Notes: generated by a model not told the origin, from the sequence alone. A DNA stretch of 63,557 bases, filler included, from Stramenopiles sp. TOSAG23-6 (GCA_900128565.1; 52 parts of 52 records of this genome joined end to end with filler, not necessarily neighbours in it), one strand, 5' to 3'. Positions 1-12,230 are shown, counted from the whole stretch's first letter. Program-made: numbers and translations.

Positions 1-192
1 CCTATCATAATTGTTCATAGGTCCGCTATTTCTAATCTTCTGTCCACTGAATATTTGTTCAACCATAGTAGCTTGTTGTTGTTCCTTTTCTGAAGCAAAA
101 TGCAGTGGCGTCACTCCGTCTTGCATAGCCTGATTGACATTTGCGTTTGCATTGATAAGGTTTTCAACGACGTGTTGAGAGTAATAAGACAT
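1..192 (-). CDS. Ankyrin-repeat protein, partial
   Basis: Manual translation MSYYSQHVVENLINANANVNQAMQDGVTPLHFAS. Confidence 0.7.
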   Translation of the reverse strand, partial: MSYYSQHVVENLINANANVNQAMQDGVTPLHFASEKEQQQATMVEQIFSGQKIRNSGPMNNYDR

Positions 193-485
193 TTTGAAAT
201 ATTGGAAGGTTTCCCACTTTTTTCTCTTTTTCTCGCTGTGTTAAAGCCAATATAAATATATTATATCTGTGTCTTCGATGATGACGACGTTCAAATGTGT
301 ATTACCCGGTAACTTGAAAAAAATTAATTGTGTTTTTTTTTTTTTTCAGCAAGTACTTACGCTAGTAGTCATACGCTACCTTTTTAGTAAGGTACATTTA
401 CTCTTAAGTTTTCTTTTCAATAAATTATATTTTTCCAGTAGTCACTCTGATACGACAATCAAGGCAAAAGCTACCGACATAGACA

Positions 486-1101
486 ATGGCATTCTCTCTT
501 AAAAAGTACGGATTTGAATATCCAAAGGGTCCCTTCATGATTGCGCATCACCTTCTCATTTTGGGTCTCTTTATTCATGTTACTTCTCTTGGAATGAATG
601 CTTTGGTATATACAGAACCCTCATCCCTCGAAAAGCAATGGCGGTGGAAACAGTTGGTATATGGCTGGAATGGGCATTTGGTTAAGAATACAAATGATTG
701 GACAAAGTGGTATTCATACTCGCAAATGATTGAACTATTGAAAGACAATATTGAAATCCCGAAAAGCATCAAAAGTGAACGACTCTCTTTCTACAACAAT
801 TTGAAAATCACTGGCATATTTTACCTTGTTTTTCAGATAATGTCGATTCTATTGATTGTAATTACACTCTTTAATGCTTGCCAAACATCTAGGATCATTA
901 AAAGAATGAATTTTGTTGGTTTTGCAATTATCAGTCACTTCTTGGCTAATACGTATGTTTTTTTTTTTTTTAGTAGGGAATTTTGTACCTAACCAAAAAA
1001 AAAATATTTTTTTTAAATGTCCAACAAGAAATTATTTCATTTTTTTCTGCGTTTTTTACCTCCATTTGACTGTAGACAATTCTATATCTAACAAGATCTA
1101 A
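486..1101 (+). CDS. Multi-pass membrane protein, 2 exons (intron 953-1028, GT-AG, branch box present)
   Basis: Hydrophobic segments; phase-2 join of ORF 486 to the frame of ORF 913. Confidence 0.55.
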
Positions 1102-1136
1102 CAAAAACGAAAAATGTTAAATTTTTTTTCATACAA

Positions 1137-1236
1137 NNNNNNNNNNNNNNNNNNNNNNNNNNNNNNNNNNNNNNNNNNNNTTAATTAATTAANNNNNNNN
1201 NNNNNNNNNNNNNNNNNNNNNNNNNNNNNNNNNNNN
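1137..1236. other. Artificial contig linker N44-TTAATTAATTAA-N44 (first of ~51; recurs every ~1.21-1.23 kb)
   Basis: Identical 100-nt spacer with stops in all six frames; flanking contigs decrease in length from ~1136 to ~1112 nt. Confidence 0.98.
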
Positions 1237-2240
1237 AGGGTTTTACGCCCTTTCTGATAGCTGCAGAGAAGGGTAGTTATTTGGCAATGAAAATGCTACT
1301 TTCGAAAGGTGCAAATGCTTTTGCAACAACTCAATTGGGCGAAAACGCTATACTTTTTGCAGCAAAGAATAATCACCCGATGAATCTTCAATTGCTATTA
1401 CAGTACGAAAAGGAGGGAAAGAAACTTGACATGAATGGTGCTAATAGCAAGGGCATGACTCCACTTGCGTGTGCCATAGAAAAAAGATCTTTCGATGCAG
1501 TAAATATTTTGCTGAAGCATGGTGTCAATATCAATGAAAGCTCGATAAAATTTCGAAATCGACATATCACTCCACTTATGTTTCCCTTCGTCAAAAACCG
1601 TCCCGGCAGTGAAAATATAGTTCGATTGTTACTTCAATCGGGTGCAAATATTAATGAAGTAACAGCTAACGGGGAAACTGCATTATCTTTTGCTATTAAG
1701 AGGGCTAGTATGCTGCACTGGCGCAAAGAAACGTTTGAACTTTTACTAAAAAGTGGTCCAAATGTAAGTCAACTACTGTACTTCGAGAGCGAAATGGACG
1801 GGCATCCAATAAAAGTTGATGGTGAGACAGCATTAGGATATGCAATAAAAGCCAATATTGATCCAGATTTATTTAAAATAATAGTTGATGCCACAGCAAA
1901 TATTGATGCAAGAAATATAAATGGAAAAAATGCACTGATGTTGGCAAAAGAAGAACAATTGGAGGAGTTAAATAAGGGTCGAAATAAGGGTCTTTTTTAT
2001 GTTGAAAAATATGCGAATGATTATGTGGACATTCTAGAGAAAAAAATACAGAACGAACAGGAAAGGAAAAGGGATGCAGACCAAGAGTTAGATAACGTTC
2101 TAGCACCTGCTCTTGACAAGTTTGATGATTTGGATGTACAAGTAGGAGAAACCGACACAAAAGAAGGAGAAACTGGCGTAGAAAAAGGAGAAGCTGACAT
2201 AGAAGAAGGAGAAGCTGACGCAGGATGCGTGGTATGCTGA
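1237..2240 (+). CDS. Ankyrin-repeat protein (5' partial) with acidic tail and C-terminal CVVC (CaaX-like)
   Basis: Multiple GxTPL/GETAL ankyrin motifs. Confidence 0.9.
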
Positions 2241-2470
2241 AAAATTGAAAATTTCATATTATTTTTTAATTCATTTTATTAAAATATTTTTTTATCACTT
2301 TATATACTTTTTGAATAGCAACACTCTTTTTTGTGTGTACTCTTCCAATGTGTTTTTTGACACTTCTTTGNNNNNNNNNNNNNNNNNNNNNNNNNNNNNN
2401 NNNNNNNNNNNNNNTTAATTAATTAANNNNNNNNNNNNNNNNNNNNNNNNNNNNNNNNNNNNNNNNNNNN

Positions 2471-3249
2471 TGTTCTAAACGTGTAGTTGAAGGTTGTTTC
2501 ATCTGTAATGTAGCAAAAGCGTCGTACAAGTGTCCAAAGTGTAGAATTAAATATTGCAGTGTCAAATGTTCAAAGATACACAAAGAAGTAGGTTGCTCCT
2601 ACGAACATCTTTCAACGATACATGCGAATCAGATGGTAATCCAGAATAAACGTGCACGGATAAATTACACTGACACTGATGAAACCGTTGTTGATCCCAA
2701 CTGCTCGGTCACACTACTGGGCGAAAAAGATCAACAAGCCCTTTTGAGATCAAAAAGAATTAGATCTGCTTTACGCGACCCTTGGCTACAGTTAGTACTT
2801 GTTGAAATAAATAACCCGCTGCAATTTGAGAAGAATTCGACTGGTTTATCAACCTCTTGCAAAAGGCAAAGTATTTCTCTTTGTTCATCTTTTGGTGCTA
2901 CTTTGTCACCACCATTTCGATTAGGTTGTCCTAATTGTAAAACAGGATTCACTAATCAGACAGAATATATAAAGCATCTATTGAAAAGTGCTGGTGTTGA
3001 TCAACATAATAAGGAAGAAATATTAGATGGTGCAACCGAAAGACATAAAAATATCAATAGGACTAGCACAACCCTACCCCTAACAAAAACACAACAAAAA
3101 ATGGATATTTCGTGGTAAAGAAAACTCCCACCGGTACAAATGGATTAGGCTCTTCAAGAGATCGACTCAAAGCACTTCAGTATAAATTGGCTAATGATGA
3201 ATCATTTTACAAATTTGCTAATGAGTTGCTTGATACTATAAATAAGTGA
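2471..3249 (+). CDS. ZNHIT3: zf-HIT protein, ZNHIT3/Hit1-like, with apparent frameshift at ~3067-3118
   Basis: CFICNVAKASYKCPKCRIKYCSVKCSKIHK in frame with ORF 2633; C-terminal DRLKALQYKLANDESFYKFANELL lies in another frame. Confidence 0.7.
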
Positions 3250-3479
3250 TTTAGATTGTTCACGAGTGCAAAATTGAAAAATAAAGTTTTTAAAAAATAC
3301 AACAATTTTGTTAATATAAATTTTATTTGAACTCATTATTCATAAAAATGTATTTAATTTTATGAAAGAATGATTTTGTGTGTAGGTAACAATATTAAAG
3401 ATCTAAGGTCATAACTGAGGAAGATAACATCGAAGATTTACCGTTCTTGCGTACTGCTACAGAGACACTACAGGTTCAA

Positions 3480-3604
3480 GTTCTTGGGTACTTCTACAGG
3501 CAATGCGGCGTCGTTAACGTTCTTGGGTACTACTACAGGCAATGCGGTACCGTTAACGTTCTTGGGTACTACTACAGGCAATGCGGCGCCGTTAACGTTC
3601 TTGG
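3480..3604. repeat. 39-bp tandem repeat (>=3 copies, truncated by contig end)
   Basis: GTTCTTGGGTACTACTACAGGCAATGCGGCGCCGTTAAC units; open on the minus strand as KNVNGAALPVVVP. Confidence 0.85.
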
Positions 3605-3704
3605 NNNNNNNNNNNNNNNNNNNNNNNNNNNNNNNNNNNNNNNNNNNNTTAATTAATTAANNNNNNNNNNNNNNNNNNNNNNNNNNNNNNNNNNNNNNNN
3701 NNNN

Positions 3705-4838
3705 AAAGTTGATCAATCACACTGTTGGAACAGAAATTGGCAAAGTGTGGCATTTTCCTGCAGCGAAAATCCGATAGAAGTTTCTAAACGTCTCGCGGGG
3801 TGGAAACAACATGAACTTGCTCAGCGTGTAAATGAAGAATTTCTGCCTTCGTATTGCTTAAATGACACAGAAAGTTCATCATACGCTACTCTATCGTTAG
3901 AGCTATTGGAAGAATGGATTCTTGATTTACTTCTCTACGCAGAAAATCATGAATTGGCATTCACAAAGCTAACTTCACTTGGATCATCTGCAGTAGCTCT
4001 GTGCCAATCACTACTAAAACGAATAGATTCCATAAAGACAAAGCTCTTGCTTGTACGTTTTCTATTAGCATCAGTCTCTAGTGACGAAACAATACTCTCT
4101 AAAGAATCACTAAAAGACCAGTTGAGAGTTCATGAACTGTCACTTAAAATTTTGATAAAGTTGCCGTCAATTTTACAGCAACATTTAATTCATTTAGAAG
4201 CAAAGCCCTCACTTTTAATTGAAAATCTTTTAATGATGGAGCAAATTCCTCTTGTGGCATTACTATTTCAGGAATTCCAAGAACTTCGATGTGATGAGCT
4301 GGTCACAAAAATGGCACACAAGGCAATGGAATGGAATGTAAAATCAATCTCAAATAATCTGGAGCTTCAACAATGTAAATTTTCATATGATTATGATTTT
4401 CATTTTATCAAATTGATAGGAAATGATGTTATTGACACCGAGACTCGCAAGAAACATGTCTATATCACATCCCCAAATATTACACTTGCCTGTTCACTAT
4501 TGGATCTCTGTACAATTCCTGAAATTGTTAGCAGAGCATGCTTTGCCATATGTGACTCTATTTCTAAAAGGATGTGCGAATCTGCCACATCATCATTGAT
4601 TGAATCAATGATCGAAAAACTACTACAGTATGCAAAATACCGTCTCAGAAAAAGTTCAATGGTGAATGACAATATACTGAGTGATTGTACGAAACTCATA
4701 CGGAGTATTCCAATACTGCGGACTCTGTATAAACTCTCAACCCGAGATTCATGTTACAGCGAGCTTGCTATACCTCTCACAGATCTCTGTCGACCAGAGT
4801 GTTTGTGTAAAATTCGAGATTTCCTTATATCACCTGCT
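3705..4838 (+). CDS. Large helical protein fragment, possibly spastizin/ZFYVE26 C-terminal region
   Basis: Long ORF; PSLLIENLLMM and following segments recall the ZFYVE26 C-terminus. Confidence 0.45.
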
Positions 4839-4965
4839 NNNNNNNNNNNNNNNNNNNNNNNNNNNNNNNNNNNNNNNNNNNNTTAATTAATTAANNNNNN
4901 NNNNNNNNNNNNNNNNNNNNNNNNNNNNNNNNNNNNNNTACCGAAAAAAAAAAACAAAAAAATAC

Positions 4966-5745
4966 ATGCTTCATTTTCTGCAGGATTCTCTCTATGCGAG
5001 CCTTCAATTTTTGTTGATCCACATTCTTTCTTATTGCGATTGGGCTGATAGCACCCACATGTATTTTGGAAAAATATGTCAAAAAAATTTAAAATTTTTT
5101 GTTAGGTACAAAATTTTTATAAAAAAAAAAATTCAAATTTTGGAAAAATATGTCAAAAAAATTTAAAAAATTTTGTTAGGTACAAAATTTCGTACGAAAA
5201 AAAAAATTCCAAAAAAATTCCAAAAAAAAAAATAAAATACATTCCTTCTCTGTCGTTTGTTGATATGCTACACATGTGTTTGTATCTATATCTTTTTGTA
5301 ATGATACATCGTTTGTTTTCCTCTTAAAAAGATCTGCACGATCAAGTACGTTTGATTTATCTGAAAAGTCGCAACACCAATAGTTACAACAAGTTGGTGT
5401 TTGATCATCTGCACCGTCAGGTAACTCAAAATTGGTACAGTTTATATTTGGAGCGGTACATTTAAAGTGTGCGGGCACATACAGTGCTCTCATAACATTA
5501 CCACCAACAACTGTACAACAGAAAAGTATCGAGAGAATAGGTAAACATGATCTAGTAGCACGTCCAGTTCTAGCATCAGCATCTCGACAGACTTGAGCAA
5601 ATTCTTGTGGTGACATGACTCCACGTAATCGCCCGTCCATTATATTTCTAGCAAACCTCGTACCAAGAGTATCCTTACAATTACTCCTTGAACCAGTTTC
5701 TGAGATATAAATCGTATTCGGATCTCGGGAAAATAGAGTACCCAT
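4966..5745 (-). CDS. Cys-rich membrane protein with MG start, spliced (intron 5059-5240 GT..AT), 3' partial
   Basis: ORF 5176-5745 joins in phase 1 to exon CGCYQPNRNKKECGS. Confidence 0.65.
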
Positions 5746-6171
5746 GATTGAATTAAATTAAATAATATTGTCTCTTTTCAAACTATTGAATGATTGAATT
5801 ATAAACGTCTCACAACAAAAAGGAACAAGTAAATTTGAAAAAATGTTCTTTTCTTGACTCTTGTTTAAGTTGTAACTTTTGACTCTGTGTCTTTTGACCG
5901 TTTCACGTTTCACAAACTTTCACTTTCACGAAAATTGAAAATTAGGTACAAAAAAATGGTACGGAATCGTAAGTTTTGTTGTGGTTTTATGAATAACAAA
6001 AATAATACGTTTCCAAAAACAAACATGACGATTCTCTGACTGATTCTCGCTTTCATCAAAACTTCAAAAGGNNNNNNNNNNNNNNNNNNNNNNNNNNNNN
6101 NNNNNNNNNNNNNNNTTAATTAATTAANNNNNNNNNNNNNNNNNNNNNNNNNNNNNNNNNNNNNNNNNNNN

Positions 6172-7304
6172 ACAAATGAATAAACAACAATGATATCAAA
6201 TATATTTGTCTTGATTAGTACAATCTTTAAAATACCCCAAACAACATCAACAATATCAGAATTATAAAACAAATGAATAAACAACAATGATATCATATAT
6301 ATATGTGTCTTGATTAGCACAATCTATAAAAATACATCCAACAACATCGACAATATCACAATTATGAAACAAACGAATAAACAACAATGATATCAAATAT
6401 ATTTGTCTTAATTAGTACAATCTATAAAATACGAAAAACAACATCAACGATACCACAATTATAAAGTGAATGAATAAACAACAATGATATCAAATATATA
6501 TTTGTCTTAATTAGTACAAAACAAACAATACTCTAAACAACATCAACAATAACATAAGTATAAAACAAATAAATAAACAACAATGATATCAAATATATTT
6601 GTCTTGATTAGTACAATCTCTAAAATACTTAAAACAACATCAACAATACCACAATTATAAAACAAATAAATAAACATCAATGATATCAAATATATTTGTC
6701 TGAATTAGTACAATGTGTAAAATACAATAAAAAACATCCACAATATCACAATTAAAAACCAAATGAATAAACAACAATGATATCAAATATATTCGTCTTG
6801 ACTAGTACAATGTATTGAATACTGAAAACAACATCAACAGTATCACCATTATTAAACAAATGAATAAACAACAATGATATCAAATATATTCGTCTTGACT
6901 AGTACAATCTATAAAATACTACAAACAACATCAACGATACCACAATTATAAAATAAATGAATAAACAACAATGATATCAAATATATTTGTCTTGATTACT
7001 ACAATGTATAAAATACTGCAAACAACATCAACAATATCAAAATTATGAAACAAATGTAAAAACGACAATGATATCAAATATATTTGTCTTGATTAGTACA
7101 ATGTATAAAATACTCAAAACAACATCAACAATATCACAATTATAAACCAAATGAATAAACAATAACCATATCAAATATATTTGGCTTCATTAGTACAATC
7201 TATAAAATACAGCAAATAAAATGAACAATATCACAATTATAAAAAAAATGAATAAACAACAATGATATCAAATATATTTGTCTTGATTAGTACAATCTAT
7301 AAAA
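6172..7304. repeat. ~97-bp AT-rich satellite, ~11 diverged copies
   Basis: Recurrent AAATGAATAAACAACAATGATATCAAATATATTTGTCTTGATTAGTACAATC at ~97-100 nt period. Confidence 0.95.
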
Positions 7305-7404
7305 NNNNNNNNNNNNNNNNNNNNNNNNNNNNNNNNNNNNNNNNNNNNTTAATTAATTAANNNNNNNNNNNNNNNNNNNNNNNNNNNNNNNNNNNNNNNN
7401 NNNN

Positions 7405-8537
7405 AAAGTCACTACAACAATGAATGAAAAAGTATGCGAATTAAAAAGGAGTCAAGAACAACTAATCATGACAAAAGAGGAATTGGTAATGATAAAAACG
7501 GAACTTGAATTATTACAATTAGATAACTCTACAATAAAAAAGGAATTGGCACAAAAAAATAGCACGACAAATGCAAGACAAAGTACTCATATGGTTGATG
7601 AATCATTACGTAGGAAAGAACAACAAGTTATTCAATTACAGAATGAGTTAATGCAAAGTCGTGTTTCTATTAATTCTTTATTAGAGGAAAGAAATTCTTC
7701 TCAAAATGAGAGTCATGTCTTAAAAAATAAAGTTGCTGAATTAGAATCAAAATTAAAAGAAATGCAAGCAGTTGATAATAATGAAGATATCGTAGATGAT
7801 GTCTTGCGTAATTCAAATACAAATGAATTAACAAAGGTTGCAGAGGCAGTTCTAAGTATGAGCACTGAGAAATCGACTCAGTTGCAAAAGAGTAATACAA
7901 AATCTGATACAAAACAAGATGAACTAAGCGATGAAAAACAAATAAGTTCTTTACGGAATTCTGGTGCGTATTCACCAAGTGGGAATTCTATTAATAATGT
8001 TCGTTTTCAAAATTAAATTGTTTTTTTTTTCATACGAAATTTTGTACCTAACAAATTTCGAATGTAAAATATTTTTCATAATACATTTTGATGGTACAGA
8101 TAATTTTGGTTTAGATGTTTCAATTCCATCATTAAGTGNNNNNNNNNNNNNNNNAAGTTATGATGACATCGTAAATGAACATAAGATAAATGAGTCAAAA
8201 ATAAACGAAATTCCTACAATGAAGAAAAATAATGAGTTTTTGGATTCAACTGAAGAAAAAAATAATAAACACGAAAACAAAGACTTTCAAACTGAACATC
8301 GACAAAAAGTTTTAATTGAACAATCTAATATAAAGTTACAAGTACAATTAGCTGAATTGCAGGAGTCAAATACAGTTATGAGACTTTCTATAGTTGGTTA
8401 TCAAGAAACAATTGAAGAATTACAAAAAAAATTAAACAAAAATAGTCAAAAACACGAAATACTATCTGAATCATTAGAAAAACTTTTATCATTTTCGAAG
8501 TCTGCTTCAAAAAAAGTAGTGGAAGAGGCTAAAAAAG
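7405..8537 (+). CDS. Coiled-coil protein fragment, intron 7999-8086 (GT..AT)
   Basis: ORF 7420 and the frame of ORF 7964 join in phase 0 at CAT|TTT; nearby AGs are out of phase. Confidence 0.8.
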
Positions 8538-8637
8538 NNNNNNNNNNNNNNNNNNNNNNNNNNNNNNNNNNNNNNNNNNNNTTAATTAATTAANNNNNNN
8601 NNNNNNNNNNNNNNNNNNNNNNNNNNNNNNNNNNNNN

Positions 8638-9147
8638 TTCGTCATTTATGTCGCCAGTGGAAATTGAAAAAATGTCGTTGAGGTCGTTACTATCAAATGA
8701 ATGTTTACCAGTAGCCGCTGCAGCTGTGTGAGTTGCAGGTGGACCAGCACTTGTGGTTGCTCTGAAAAATAAAGGTAACTTAGACGGTGAGTTAGTGTCA
8801 CTCCAAGTTTGTGCGTCGTCAAAACCAGGAGACCAAGAATTGGTTTCGTCGTCTGCATCAGGAAATGTTCCGTCAAACACAAGGGCATCCTCCCGTGTGT
8901 TTTTCTTTTCTTTTTCTTTTTCTTTTTCTTTTTCTTTTTCTCTAGGTTCAATGAAAGAGTCCAGGGTGGGTTCACTAAAACGGAAACCGCTCTCTTGGAT
9001 GGGTGAAATTTTGTCGTCAGTTGTTGCTGGACGACCGGCAGATGTAGTGGTGTCCAGCTCCAAATCGAACTGCATCATCGTCTCCATTGCTGATATAGTT
9101 CGAGAAGCGCACATTAATAGGAAAATATGACTTAAATAGGGTCTCAT
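8638..9147 (-). CDS. Hypothetical protein with predicted signal peptide, 3' partial
   Basis: Hydrophobic N-terminus, EK repeat. Confidence 0.5.
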
Positions 9148-9388
9148 ACTGCTTGCTTTTTGTGGGTATAATGAATATGAGCAGTTACAAATTTAACAGT
9201 ATATAGTATACTGTATACAGTCGCCGACCGGTATCTAAACATGCATGCGGGGAGAGGAGGACTCGAACTGGCTATTTTTTTTTACTAAATTTAAAAGTCG
9301 ACTGACTGTCAATTTTTGATCTGATCGTTTTCGAATTTAATTTGTGTTTGTTTGTTTTACATTTCACATACACAATACACTATATCAA

Positions 9389-9769
9389 ATGAAACCCAAT
9401 GCTATTTGTTCAAAAGAAAAACTATATGCTTTAGGAATAGACATAGGGACTACATCAGTAAAAGTCGTATTGACTGAGGGTATAGATGCAACAATGATTG
9501 CACATGATTCTGTTGAAACAAAAGCATATATAGAGAGAACTAGTCATGGGTTATTCATGGAACAAGACCCAAACCAAATTTTTGCAGCTTTAGACAAGGT
9601 TTTTATAAAATGGAACGCAATTCATAGCATAAGGAGTATGTTGAGTAGTCTTACTTCTCTAGGAATTACTGGTCAAATGCATGGTATTGTTTTATTTGAC
9701 CAGAGAGACTTCAAAAAACACTCAAATTTATACACCTGGGAAGACAAGCGTTGTTCAAAAGAATTTCTG
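9389..9769 (+). CDS. SHPK: FGGY-family carbohydrate kinase (sedoheptulokinase-like), N-terminal part
   Basis: LGIDIGTTSVK, EQDP, GITGQMHGIVL, LYTWEDKRC. Confidence 0.85.
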
Positions 9770-9924
9770 NNNNNNNNNNNNNNNNNNNNNNNNNNNNNNN
9801 NNNNNNNNNNNNNTTAATTAATTAANNNNNNNNNNNNNNNNNNNNNNNNNNNNNNNNNNNNNNNNNNNNGAGGGTAACGATCTTTACCATGAAATGATTG
9901 AAATCATCTAAACAATTACTCATA

Positions 9925-10707
9925 TTATTGCGTATTATCAAGTGCAAGTATTGCTGGACTCAGAAAATAAAACCAGAGACTGCACACGGCAAGCCACTCT
10001 GCATAATTTTGAGTATAGTCAAGCCCTTGACCTGAACTAAGCCAAATACCAAAAAATAATACAAGATTCAACAGACAAACACAAGACACGCCAATACTTA
10101 TCTTTACATACATAGTTTGCTTAATTGCACCATTAGTTGTATCATAAATTAAACAACCAGTTTGCAAAAACTCAAATATAATGAATGAGACAAAACACAC
10201 ATTTGTAAACGTCAAATGAGTGTAAAGATCAGCGTTTGAATAATCGTACGGTGTAGAACAACTAGAATCTCCATTTGTGTATACTACAAGTCCAACAAGA
10301 CTTATGCATGCTGTCGTAACCAAGAGAAGTAAAAAAGAATTCATTTTAAGAAATTTGCCATTCAAATAAATTGGATGACGCGCGACCATACCAGCAAAAA
10401 TAAATATTGAAACCAGTATCATTCCTGGTATTGCAATTTTCCAACCTTCGCTAAAATATGAACTAATAGTAACTTCGTAGAAAGAAAAGGGGAAATACCC
10501 ACAACTCAACGAGACTGTTAAAATTTGAACAAGTACACAAAAAACAATTCCACAACTTATGAATATGAGTGTATTATACCGACCAAACAAATGTGACAAG
10601 TCCTTCTTTCCAGTTTTTTCATATGTACGCCATGGTGTAACGGAACTAGGGCGTGTTCCAACGTGATCAGCAGTTGTAGTAGTAGGCAAAAGGTTGAAAG
10701 ATTGCAA
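9925..10707 (-). CDS. Six-TM protein, Frag1/DRAM/Sfk1-like
   Basis: TM pattern, TISS motif, conserved H in TM4 and EW in last TM; start uncertain. Confidence 0.55.
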   Translation of the reverse strand: MQSFNLLPTTTTADHVGTRPSSVTPWRTYEKTGKKDLSHLFGRYNTLIFISCGIVFCVLVQILTVSLSCGYFPFSFYEVTISSYFSEGWKIAIPGMILVSIFIFAGMVARHPIYLNGKFLKMNSFLLLLVTTACISLVGLVVYTNGDSSCSTPYDYSNADLYTHLTFTNVCFVSFIIFEFLQTGCLIYDTTNGAIKQTMYVKISIGVSCVCLLNLVLFFGIWLSSGQGLDYTQNYAEWLAVCSLWFYFLSPAILALDNTQ

Positions 10708-11100
10708 TACCAGGAATGATACTGGTTTCAGTTATGACCTTCGATGGTCAGTCAAAAACACGCACAAACCTGCTCGATATTACCAGTCAAACTTGATTGT
10801 AAGTAACTGTCCAATAATATCTTTTTGACTACTAGTAAGATATGTACCTCGGCATTGACTGGTATATTTTGTTTACCACTAGACTAGATATAATGAGTGT
10901 ATAGAAAACATAGACTAAATTGTCATATTTCACATCACAATGGAGGAGTTTGTTGAACCCATGCTAGCACCTATAGACAAATTGCGCCCTTATGACGGTG
11001 NNNNNNNNNNNNNNNNNNNNNNNNNNNNNNNNNNNNNNNNNNNNTTAATTAATTAANNNNNNNNNNNNNNNNNNNNNNNNNNNNNNNNNNNNNNNNNNNN

Positions 11101-11575
11101 TTTATTTTTATTTTTTATTATGTATGGACACAACCACCATACATTCATTTATTTTTGTCCCTAGGAAGACATCCTCTTCCTCCCACCAACTCTTTATTTT
11201 TTTTATTTTTCCCTCTTTTTTTATTTTTATTTTTTATTATGTATGGACACAACCACCATACATTCATTTATTTTTGTCCCTAGGAAGACATCCTCTTCCT
11301 CCCACCAACTCTTTATTTTTTTTATTTTTCCCTCTTTTTTTATTTTTATTTTTTATTATGTATGGACACAACCACCATACATTCATTTATTTTTGTCCCT
11401 AGGAAGACATCCTCTTCCTCCCACCAACTCTTTATTTTTTTTATTTTTCCCTCTTTTTTTATTTTTATTTTTTATTATGTATGGACACAACCACCATACA
11501 TTCATTTATTTTTGTCCCTAGGAAGACATCCTCTTCCTCCCACCAACTCTTTATTTTTTTCATTTTTCCCTCTTT
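11101..11575 (+). repeat. 119-bp near-perfect tandem array (4 copies) with two hairpins
   Basis: Period 119; ATGTATGG-n9-CCATACAT hairpin, ATTTTTG, GTCCCTAG, GGAAGA-n5-TCTTCC hairpin. Confidence 0.95.
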
Positions 11576-12049
11576 TGTTATTTTTATTTTTTTTTTTTTC
11601 TTTTCTTTATTTTTTTTCTTTCTTTTTTTGTTTTTCTTTTTTTTTAATTTCTTTTGATTTTATTAAACACTCATTTAAAAGGCCCCTTAGATTTTATTCT
11701 GAATATATTTCCATTTATTTATTCATAAGGTATCAACAACGATAATAATATTTCACTATTTCATATAATAAAGGAAAAATACCGCATGTTATGTTAAAAT
11801 GATCCAACTATAATCTCACTAAATAAACAGATATATAATATAAATGTGTAGCTGAACATCTTTTCAAAAGAAACATACAACAGTCAATTGGTGAAATATT
11901 TCAATTATATACAGAATTAAAACATGATTTTTACAAGAATATTGTACAAGATTCATTTAGAATACACAAAATACCTGAAATAATATAAAACATATGTAAA
12001 TTATAGAGTACATAAATAAACGACCATATAGAAAAAATGTCAATGTGTA

Positions 12050-12230
12050 TTGAAAGTATAGAAAATACCGCCATCAACATCAACAATATAACAATTATAA
12101 AACAAAAGAATACACAACAATGATATCGAATATATTTGTCTTCATTAGTACAATCTATAAAATACTCCAAACAAGATCAACAATATCACAATTATAAAAC
12201 AAATGAATAAACAACAATGATATCAAATAT
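12050..12230. repeat. Edge of the ~97-bp satellite
   Basis: Same unit as 6172-7304. Confidence 0.85.

Noticed and set aside
1181-1192. Regularly spaced TTAATTAATTAA as a CRISPR-like or biological repeat
   Set aside because: Embedded in fixed N runs; a synthetic six-frame-stop spacer
5176-5215. Recurrent peptide endings such as FRTKFCT, RNFVPN and YEILYLT as a protein motif
   Set aside because: They are the three-frame translations of the intronic branch box
5059-5242. Re-reading the introns as U12-type AT-AC by shifting junctions 2 nt left
   Set aside because: Possible where AT is repeated, but the shift creates a stop in ABCC (40766-40874) and destroys conserved residues in YdjC, Myb and the fucosyltransferase; the U12 donor RTATCCTT is also absent
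6172-7304. Satellite as a CRISPR array
   Set aside because: The whole unit repeats with scattered divergence; no unique spacers and no cas genes; eukaryotic context
11124-11745. Three similar Phe/Ile-rich ORFs
   Set aside because: Translations of the 119-bp T-rich repeat
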